Origin: Laetmonice hystrix
Lineage: Eukaryota
NCBI GenBank assembly: GCA_965235115.1
Contig: OZ249438.1
Span: 30,628,001-30,692,000, forward strand
Reading direction: 5' to 3'
Length of the DNA stretch: 64,000 nt
Below, piece after piece: positions 33,123 to 44,326 of this stretch. A model generated the notes under the pieces. It searched no databases. It saw nothing but the letters and a program-made list of their open reading frames with translations, and was not told the DNA's origin. The stretch's first letter is position 1. Every line of letters starts with the position of its first letter. The position numbers and the translations under genes were made by a program.

Positions 33123-36100
33123 CTCACGTGTCTTGTCACGACTTGGGTTCGGTTCTAATTGGACTTCCACACGTGATCTGTGTTGACCCCTTTATTGTTT
33201 AACATCCTGACTATCCCGACCTAAGCCTAAAGAGTTCCTCGTATAGGTTTAGCATCATCATTTGACAGTTTCCTATCTCCTCCTGTCTACCCACCTTCTT
33301 CAGGTGAGCCGTTCACTGTGACTGTGAGTTGGGACTGGGTCAGCCACTGAGGCGTAACAACAGATGGCGCTCCTCTCACCGTCAAATCTTGCACACTGTT
33401 GCCCAACTGTCCCCTTTATCACATCAAACACGCCAATCGCGTCGTTCATATCACCCTCAAATATCGTGCCTGACTGTAATCTGGCGTTCAGTGAACGTGC
33501 CAGATACCATCTACAGGTTGGTGTTTCACCTAGCATCACAATCACGTCACTTGGAGCTGACAGCCTTTCGTCGGTAAACATCTACTATGGGCCAGCCTCG
33601 TGCTCTTGTCAACGTGGGATACATGGAGCTTATTGGCCACCTCCGCCCTGTTACGTTACTTTGACATGTTGACATGTTGCCAGTCTGGGCCGTTTGGGGG
33701 TTAACCACCTTTCCCAACCTATTAATTAAATGTGAACGTTCAGATAATCACTATGTTGTCATAATGGACATAACGTACGCGTACGAGTAGAACTGATATG
33801 TCGGGAATGTAAACAGTAGGACCTTGTAATCACAGTCCTGTAAGATTCATTGGTCCTCGACTTGCACGTCAGGCGAGTAAAGATGACGCCTTGGACTCAC
33901 ATTGAACTTGTATCAGGTCTTGGGACCTGTGTGAAACTTCTATATACCAATCATAGAAACGGTAAAATACATATTGAAATCTACTTTGACGTCATCAAGC
34001 TTTCCGCCGCAACTTTATGGCTTTCCACCAACTGACCGATTAGCAGGCTCTTGTCTCGAGATGTCGGACTTATAGGAAGGAGGATGACAAACACTACCTC
34101 CACCTTGTGTGAGGAGGAGGAACTAAAAAGCCACAACATGCCAGACCTATGAAAACTTTTCGTGGCAAGGCGTGTAAATACGGCCTATCAATGTCCTGAT
34201 AGTCTATATTTGTATAATATATGGCGACGCGTAAGATACTGTCAGAGAACAGATATATAATTCAATTTCTCGTTTGTCACTCAATAAACTTAGTGAAACT
34301 CCCGCCTCTTGTGGTCTGGAAATGTATATAACTCAGAGAACGTTGATGCAGTTGGCAGTTGCTCTATCAGGAATCTTTCTTTGTATTATTTAAAACTCCT
34401 TCTCATTTCTGTCAAAAGTCCCTGCGGAAAAGCAACACATATAACCGGCAAAGGGGCGACCTCTGTACCAGAGGTAGCTGTGTTATGGTCAGGTTTCACC
34501 TTGCCTACACATACAGTTTTACAACCTTATTGTTGGTCACTCCCATTAAGGGATTGCATATGTAAATGAGTTAGCGTAATTACCCCCACGGTTAAAAAAG
34601 AGTTATACCTTTATGGCCCTATAGACGCGCACCTACATGCCCGAGAGAAGGGCCTATATAGTAAGAGACGCAAGGGGGAATCGGAAGTATTGTAGAGAAC
34701 AGTGTCCAGAGTGGAGAGGAAATCCTCACCACAATAAAGTATATTGGAATCCCAACAACGAGTCTTCAAGTCTTCAACCGAACAGCTACCCCAACATAAC
34801 AGCTGTACTTGTGTGCCACCTGGCGACAACAAGGGGGAACTAGTTCGGTTCATGAGAAGTGGACATTTTCACTGTGGCATCAACGTCGAGGGAGCTTTGA
34901 GCCAAATGTGTGGGAGCGTGGACGTAGTGTGAGGGTGTTATGCTTGCATGAGGCCCTGTCATGTAATGTGTATGTCTGATTGCATGTTTTCCACACGTTA
35001 TTAGCTTTCGGCTGTGGCTACAGTAGCGGACGTCGGGCCAGTATTGGGTGTCACTCGTTAGCATGGTGCATGGAAACGGGATATCTATTCTAGCCGTCCT
35101 TTGAGCAGCACGTGCATTGTGGGGAGCATGAAGGGTGTCCCACGAGCAGACAAAGACATGTCGGTGCGTGCAGTGCACGTGGTCGGTTGACAGGACCCCC
35201 GGCCCAGGATCCGTCAACACTCCTCGATAAGGTCCTCCCGCCGCCATACCATGTGGTGACGATCAGCATCACTGCAGCGCCGATAACTGGCCGAGTCACA
35301 ACACACGGCAGCTCACACAAAGATACCATGGCCCCACCCACCGTCCAGTCCTTCCCTCTCCCAACTCTTTGGGATTAGTCTTGATTATAATAATATACCC
35401 GCGTCGCCTCAGCGTGGGCCATGCTGAGTGTCATAAACCAGGCTCCCAAGACAACAATGTGACGGTTAACAGCCTCCCCCCTTCCCTTCACTCAGGCCGC
35501 AGGATTTTCTTATCATTTGGCCATGCTGGTCTATACCTAATCGACATCCGTTATCAGGCAATCCGTAAACACTGCAGGCACCAGAAGACCAATGTTCTAA
35601 ACTCAGTGTGTATAGATCTATACTGAAGGCCGATATTATGACATAATACGTCAAAATCAACACCTTTGTTTTATGGTATTTAGCACATCACCCCCCTCTT
35701 CAGTGGGTATAATTGTGCCAAATCTTGATACCATACCCATATAAAGAAGCAGCATATTCTTATTGTATTCAACCCTTCTAAGGGCCTTTGGCCAAACATA
35801 TTAGGTCTATATTATTACGTGCCTGGTAGTACCCACAGCCTTTATTTAACATGCCCCAATTGGTTCTTATAATCAAATTAAACGAAACGAACAAAGAATG
35901 CGAGACTTTGGACCCAATTTGATGTACCTCTCCGCTTGCCAGCTTGTGACACGATTACTTTTGGCACCAAAACAATAACCAAGGGAATAGAGGCTTACAC
36001 TACGCGCGTCTTATTTAGGAGTTTTTGTAAGCGTGTCACACTTCTGGTGTAAATTGGCAACACGAGGAGCCAGCCTGGCTATATCCTAGAGATGTGTATG

Positions 36101-37155
36101 CGTGCCAGATAACTAACGTTCTGGCACGAACTCGTGCATACTTTCAACACTTTACATCCTTATGGTCCCATTTTGTCGTGTTGGAGGTTTCTCTAAGTAA
36201 AACCTCCGATTTTCAAGAGTTCTGCCGATCTCACATCAGTGGGAGTTCTATTGTCTCATATTAGATAATGTAAATATCATATAGATAACACAATGAATTA
36301 AATGTGTCACATAGGGCCTAGTAGTCAGTAATTATAGCCTGCTGCGATTGCGCCGGTATGATCAAGAATGTGGGCCTTAAAGTTTGTATAATACAATGAA
36401 CTGATAAACCTATATCTTGGACATCAAGAGCAGCGCGGAAGTTGAACACACTCATGCACGCCAATTTAGAAATTGTTGTGACGCCGTGTGATGACGTATA
36501 GTGACACCATATTTCATCCACACATAACGCCCAGAAGCTCAGCACGTCCGACACATGTCAACCCCCCTCGAGTGCCCCGCCGGTGCCTTACGGGTGCCAG
36601 ACGGGGGCAGTGCCTTTGTGTGGTGGCGACAGAACTGGGTCAGGGTTCCTAGAAGGTCTGCACTAAGTCGGTCACATCGCTCGCTCTCTTCCGTATTCTC
36701 ACCCAGACTTATGAATTCCCTTCCCCCACAACAAAGAAGGTATTTCAAGAGCGGCAGGAGTCAGGAAATGGGGGTATAGAGGTCATGTCGCACAGTCAAC
36801 GACGGCGAGACAAGTTTGTCCCCATATCAAAGTCCATAAAGTAACAGCCATTTCCCTCTCACCCGGCCCAAATACTCTCAAAGTACGTCCAAGTGACAAT
36901 CAGACATTGTTACTTTTCTTTTTCTCTGCCCATGTCAGAGTGACCGAGGAATGAGTGAGGAATAGAGAGAAAGTTAAGCCTCTCCTGCCATAGACTGATC
37001 ACACCAAGGCTAAGTCTGCCAGTGATTGGCATCTATATAAAATAAATAAGAAAGTGGCAGATGATAAGGCCTAATCTTTGAGTAATCTACTTGGCTGAAA
37101 ACGATGTAGGCACGAGGCTTCATGGGAAAGACCCCTCGCTGGGTGGACCTGACCA

Positions 37156-37616
37156 CTTCTGTCGCTGAAGTTCACAGTGCCAAGCGACGGTTCACGACTT
37201 CTGTCGCTGAAGTTCACAGTGCGAAGCGACGATTGACGATCAGGCTCTGATCTGTTAACGAAGTTCACAGTGTGAAGCGACGGTTCACGATCAGGCTCTG
37301 ATCTGTTAACGAAGTTCACATTGCGAAGCGACGGTTGACGATCAGGCTCTGATCTGTTAACGAAGTTCACAGTGTGAAGCGACGGTTGACGATCAGGCTC
37401 TGATCTGTTAACGAAGTTCACAGTGCGAAGCGACAGTTGACGATCAGGCTCTGATCTATTAACGAAGTTCACAGTGCGAGGCGACGGTTGACGATCAGGC
37501 TCTGATCTGTTAACGAAGTTCACAGTGCGAAGCGACGGTTGACGATCAGGCTCTGATCTGTTAACGAAGTTCACAGTGCGAAGCGACGGTTGACGATCAG
37601 GCTCTGATCTGTTAAC
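37156..37616. repeat. Tandem repeat, 51-bp unit x8 plus two truncated variant units
   Basis: GATCAGGCTCTGATCTGTTAACGAAGTTCACAGTG at 37238+51n. Confidence 0.97.
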
Positions 37617-40600
37617 CTGCTTAAAAAAGGATGTACGTCCACTCAACTTTAGACGGACCCCAAAATTTGATGACAACAGGGATCTACCCAGAAGTAAAAA
37701 GTATAATAAGGATATATATAAGACGGTTTGCAATTTATGCTGCTTTACACTGGTCAGCCGTTATCAGATTTTTCATTTTAAATTCCAGATTATTGGCATT
37801 TCACACTTCCTCCATACCATGCACTTAGTATGCAATTAAAAAAATATTGTGTGTACGTATATGGACGGAGAGGAGAAGGGCGCACATGTACGGTTCATAT
37901 GGTACAAGCGACGTGAAAAGGAAGCGCTGCTGGTTTTCCTGCATGTAGGGGCATTTCCCTTTGAGGGTTAGCGGTTGACCCCCTGGCGGTCGGTGTGGTG
38001 ACCCTTTCGACCCGACCTGACCAGCCTCAGATTCGACTGTCTCATAAATACATTGCGCCGACTGGCCCCCGTGGATGGAAGCTGATGTTTCCCGTTTACG
38101 TCGCCGGGCTGCGATCCATGCCGCTACCATAAAGTTCGTTCCCACGCTAGGGTCCCCAACCCAGTTCTAAGTGTCTCAGATTTCTCCAAACAGAACGTGA
38201 GCTACGTACGGCCTTTGTGCAACAGCAATATCTTCATCGGACAGCCTCCACATCGGCACAATAATAAACACAACGCTCTATCTCACTTTGGTTGATTGAA
38301 ATCATTACACCCATACTGGAATAATAAAGACAAGAGGCAACTGCAGCAATGGAATTTTCGAGTCACTAACATAACTGAACACAACAAATATATACAGATT
38401 GAGATAGGCCTACATTTATAACTCACGGTAGGCTGAATCTGACGACAAATTGACAACAAGTGAGGTATGGTTAAGACGTCTTACCTGGACGTATATACAG
38501 GCTGTCAGCCTAGCGGCGATGGTGAACACTCCCCTCCCTGACGTTGCCTGGAAACAGAGAGAATCCACCATGGATGAGCATGTAAATTCCCGGCAGACGA
38601 CAGACATGACGTTCACAGAAGGCGTATCAATGGTAGTCTCACATGTACGTTGACGTGAAGCGAAAACGTCATTCTTGGGACGGAATCGTGAGGGTGAGAA
38701 TCCCCCAAATGCACCACAGTGCCCCGATCTTGCAGAAACACGACCAGCAGTACTGTTGATGGTCACTCAGTATAGAACGAACCAGCGGTCGTGCGCGTGC
38801 GGCGGGATAAAAGCATCCGGGCCTCCGGGGATACTAATCTGCATATCGCTGACATGAGGTGAAGGATGCAGAGCACATCACACACTAGGACGCGCGTGCA
38901 CCACACATCACGCAGGCCACCATGCAGAGGACAGCTGTTTTTCCATTTCACGGTAGCCATGACCAAAATGGCTGGTAGCAATAACAAGACAAGTTTTAAG
39001 GGCGAAGAGAGGAAAAAAGACTTTTCATTCGTTCCTAAATGTTTCTTTGTAGGGCTGAATCTATTACTAGGCCCCTATATAGAAAGCTCTTAGCAGTCCT
39101 CCACTGATCAGGTCATATTGCAAATAACGCTGGTCGAAAAGACTAGCCCTAAGCCAAAAGCAAGACAGTGGCTGGCATTACCCAGATTCCATTGCTAAGT
39201 GAGCGAAATCGTTCCCACAGACGTGGGCCATAACAAAGTCATTGTGGCGCGCAGAGCTGTGTTCAGACATGCCTTGTGACATCAGCAGTATCTTGGGCAG
39301 CCTATCCACCCGACACCTCCGCGTGTCTACACTACAGAAACGCTACCCCTCATCTTCCCACGCCTGCTGAATGCTGTCGGGATCGGAAGGAAGGAATCAC
39401 ACAGCCAAGCTATAGGCCTAAGCTTATATTCTGCTGAGGAATTTAGTTTTACGGGACAAGAGGGGGTATTAAATTAGGGGTGCTGCAGTTTAGTTAACAA
39501 AAATCCTAATGTTCTGCATGGATTGAAGCAGATCATCGACCGTTTCTTTCGACATGTCATAAATATTTACACTGTGCTGTGGAGATCGACCTCCGTCTAT
39601 CTGAGGATTATAGGGCCAGCTGGTTGTCTTGGACGTCAGGACGTCATTAGTACCAATCAACAGCCAAACCTCCACTCAGATGTTTCTATGGTGATGATGT
39701 AGATATTAGGGTGAAGAGGCACAAACCCTGTATGTGGGCCACTGTCATTATGACTAATCATAAATGACCCAAAGAAAGGTTTTATGGGGTGCAGGCTTGT
39801 CACAGAGACAGGTATTGATGGAGGAGGATGTATCGACAGGCGAGAGTGACCTGAGCGTTGTCACAGTTCACATGCTCACCCCTCAAAGAAGGATAGCCTA
39901 AAATTATGGACCTCTATGTGTATAGGGTTGGGGTTGGAGGGGGGTTGGGGGTCAGAGCTGCCGGAGCCAGTTCAGGACCTTGGTAGAAGGATTATCCCCC
40001 CAAAATGCACTTTTTGGTTATGCATGCATTAGATGCATGATGGTATAAATGAAAATCACTGACTGCGGTTTTCACTGTAACATTTGACAAAGGCGAACAC
40101 GAATCCTATGATCAGTAAGTGTTTGTAGTTCACATGAATTTGAACATGTAACAGCGGCAAGTGGGAGGAGAGGGAGGAGGCACCAGATAATGATGATAAC
40201 CTTGTATTTGTGTTCACTCCCGCATAATGTAGCCTAGTAATCGATATGCAGATACCAAAAGTACAGCAGAATTAATCATATAATCTCTCTCTTGTTATCA
40301 TCATGATCGAGTCGTTTTACACTTGTGGTAGAGATGTGGCCAGCAGAGGATTGAAATTGGCTTGATGGAAATTGTAATTTTGTTTGAATTTCAGAAACAT
40401 GTTCACATCGACGGGTGGGATAATCGAATTTTTAAATTGACCTTATTATACGCCTAGCTCAGAAGATCAGCCAATCGTCGTCTTCACCTATCACGATCAC
40501 TGATTTGTTCCCTTGAACATCTTATACGCCTACCGATCTATTATGGGCCCATTTTTTTTTTTTTTTTTTTGGTGTGTGCCAAAGGCCATTTCGTCAAACT

Positions 40601-41226
40601 GCATGACGTAGGATAGGCCTCCCATTGCACAACATCCTGTAAAGAGGATTCGAAACGGTTTAATATCATGCTATGTGTGCATAACTGTATTGCGATCGAG
40701 ACATCTAAAGCAGGGCTACCGAGGCGTCCAGGGGTTGTCGTTGTAGACGTTGCGTTTAGCGATGATTCATTCGAGAGCGAGAGCGTTGCCATGCGGCATT
40801 TTCACGAATGTTTGGATATCGTGTCGCACAGAGCGGTAAATCCCGTCGGAGGAATGTGTTACCGCCGCGTGGGAAAGTGGAAGGACAGTTCGTCTTGTAT
40901 CGATGGTACCGCACTGGTAGCATGCGCGCACTCACTGGCCTACCTAACAGCCTATCCTGGGCCTGGTTTCGTACATCTTACCAGTATCTAATACTTTGTC
41001 ACTGGGAGCCCACGATGATACTTGAAAAAAACTTTGGCCACCACTCCGCTGTTATTAATGATTTTCAAGATCCTTTCCACCTTTAACCCCCCCCCCCCTT
41101 AGTGCGAAAGTGGGACTAGGAACGTAATGCTAACTCAAGCATCCAGCGTTCAGACAGGACAGGCGTGCCCCGAGGACACGTGAGGAGTCGAGGTTGGTTT
41201 AGGTTTACTCCTGTTGAGAATAACTA

Positions 41227-41343
41227 AGTATGATCTATGGACCGTCACAGGTTGATACTAATAATTGAGTATGATGTATGGACCGTCACAGGTTGATACT
41301 AATAACTGAGTATGATCTATGGACCGTCACAGGTTGATAGGAA
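41227..41343. repeat. Tandem repeat, 41-bp unit x2.8
   Basis: GATCTATGGACCGTCACAGGTTGATA at 41232, 41273, 41314. Confidence 0.93.
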
Positions 41344-43986
41344 TAACTGAATGAAGTCCCTTCGTTATACAGATCAGGATTTCGGAACCCTTTCCAGGGG
41401 CCCAGCCCGTCTGTACTAAACGCGGTAATCATGGTCCTTAAACTTTGTACCGCAAAAAGTGACGTAATAAGGTCCATAGTGACGCCTGGGTATGCGTTAC
41501 GGTATCAGTTTTATATCAACTAGAAAACGGATTCGGTCTTTCAAACGTAGCATTTCTCAGATAGGTGAGTTAGGCTGCTGTAAGTTTCGGTACCCGGAGG
41601 GCTACTGACAATACTGATACTCAATAATAGTGTTTACTTTGTCAAACCTAACGGTTGCATTCAGTCCACGCTCTGCCTGCAGCCGTAAAGCACGGGTATA
41701 AAGGCAGTTCTTAGGCCTGTATGTCGGACGATACAATCTTTTAACTACAAGTTGTGAACCCCCGAGTGATGGAGTCGGAAGGGTAGAGTATGTAGCCACT
41801 AGATTGTCGAGCTGGTATATAGCCTTGCTGGAGCCTCATTTGGTATGATCCCAGCCTTTTCCTCAGCCTTGTACGAGTTATATATCCATGGTGGAATTCT
41901 CATTGGCAGGCAAGATTTAATCTTTCCGGCGTCTTTTTCAGGTTTCCTGCAGAGTTCTCTCATCGAGTCTCAGTGACAGTGAGTATCCTAATGAAATTAT
42001 CTCAGTAGATCTACTGTAAGTTCTCCGTTGTATTCGTTCAGATTTGTTTGGGGTATCGTCTAGAACCTAGAAATTTTCTTTGTCTTTCAAAAGTCTTCTC
42101 TCTCCTCATCTGAACTCACCAGCCCCTAACCTCTGGATTATTTAGGACACAGGCAAACTGTAAATATAATTTGTACCTTCAAAGAGAAATACTGTAGCTA
42201 TAAACATCTCACCATGTACGATGTGAGATTTTATTTTAAAAATCTAACTCCTGGTCAAGGTTGAAGGAAATCATAAACCAAATGTTCACGAGACCATGAA
42301 CACGGAGACACGGGGCTTTTGACTAGGCCTATGTGGTTCTCCCCTCTCTAGATAAATTATGCTTGTCCTTATAAGGTGAGACATCCGCTACTTTACCAAA
42401 GGCTTTTTTCACTTGGTTTCACAAATACTTCAGGTTAAAACAAGAAATTAATATTACTACAATGTTTTCGATTAACTTTCCCACAGATGTTTTTTTAATA
42501 CACTATGACTTTCAGGCGCAAAAGGTCAGGCTGGTGATCCTTTCAATAACCAATCATGGAAAAGTCAACAAGGTGTTATCAGGATGATCAATAACATCAA
42601 GTCAACGACACATGTCACTTACAAAGACATAAACACCCCTTGAGCCACTCAGATTGTAAAATTCGCTCTTTTGACTTCTCTGTGTTTATCAATCATTAAT
42701 CTGTGTATATGATCCTGTGTACCTCAAGAGATCAGGCCCAGTTTTTGCACCCCGTCACTGCCTTGACAACCGTGGGAAGATGGTTGACATCTGTATGTTA
42801 GCATACACAGATATCTTCAATTCAGATTCGCTCTTCTACTTCTTACTGGGAGAACTTTGCCACTGATTATTTATACCCCACAAATGGTATTAGACGATTC
42901 TCACTACTCAAAAGCAAATATTGAATACTTTAAAACGGTGCAAAAATACTGAATTATTCACCACCAAAATCCTACACTACGTAGGCCTGTATCTTCTCTG
43001 GTACCACCCCTTACGAATTAGGTGGTAAGAAGACATCCACAAAATTATTCCTAAACTCACTCCTAACACTCCTAACTAAAATCCTCACTCACTCCGCTAG
43101 CGCCCCCCCCCCCCCACCTCCTCAGATTGTAGATTGAATCCTCAGTTAGAATCATAATGATGTCTTGGTCTGTCTCTATCTTCCTTTAGTATCACTCCAC
43201 AACTTTAATAAAACAGCATCAAACAGAAACATCAAACTCAGCTGCTGCAAACAGAAGTGAATTGACTTACACTTCATTGGCAGAATTTGACATGTGATTT
43301 CAGTTGGCAGAACTTGAAACGGACACTGCTGGTTTCCTGCCAGAACTCGGCACACTGATAGTTAATAAAGCAGTTTAAAGGTGACATGACATGAATGAGA
43401 TGTTGCTTTCACCACAGGTTTATATCACCATTTTCTAATCTTGTCTTAGAGGCCGACGGGTTCTGATCGTATACATTTGTATTTATACGGCTCATGTTGT
43501 CTGGGGAAACCAGTTGCACAAGCCATAGGCAGTCCCGTGGAGTCAGGAGGGGTAATTGCGTGTTTGTGGCCAACTTAATTACCTGACTTATCCACCCGCC
43601 TCCTTTCACAGGTATCTACACAGACACCATATCAACAACTCCTTTTCCCACGCTCTCTACCCAGCTATCCATGGTATCGTGTAGGTGAGATTGATAGGCA
43701 TGTCTTGCTCTGGCTGGCTGAGCAGCCACTCAGATATATGACCAAACCTTTTTCTCTGTGTCATTATACTGAAGTGGGTCAATGCCTGGTGTGTATTAAG
43801 TATTGGTTCTACCTGCCTGAATCCGGAGCACCTGGATGTTCTGAGGAAGTACTGGTATTGTTTTCAGTGCTCTTCCTGCTCTGATGAGGCATTCAAACCC
43901 CAGCACATTGAATGCGGTGCTACTCAGTGCACGTTGTTTCAGATTTAAAAATCTCCATGAGAAGAACGGTTTGATATCTCCATTAA

Positions 43987-44326
43987 AGGTGCTATTCGTC
44001 TCGCACAGAATGGCATTTCTCCTATCATACATTGTGCACATAGTACTAGAAAAAATTCCTACCGATACCATTGGCCTGATGAACCTTCTATTAGTTTGTG
44101 TGCAGCATTTGAAACCTATCTCGGTGCGCACCGAGATACAGCCATTTCCTATGGTGGGGCGTGTCAGGGTCTCCACAGGCCTTCTGAGAGAGCCCCATTT
44201 GTGCCGTTATCCATGAAAAATTTTGATTTCCTTTGTTGTGAATCTATTTCCATGATAGGTGGGATCACATAAACGTCAACAAAATTAAAAATAAAAAAAA
44301 TGAATTTTTGTTCACGAATAGCACCT
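43987..44326. mobile_element. Kolobok-type MITE (340 bp)
   Basis: TTAA TSDs (43983-43986, 44327-44330) and perfect 13-bp TIRs AGGTGCTATTCGT; no coding capacity. Confidence 0.85.

Noticed and set aside
37071-37733. 220-aa ORF as a real secreted repeat protein
   Set aside because: Starts at TTG, has no Met, and is open only because the unit is 51 bp.
43375-43400. TTAAAGGTGACATGAC as another Kolobok end
   Set aside because: No matching inverted partner found; shares only AGGTG with the neighbouring MITE.
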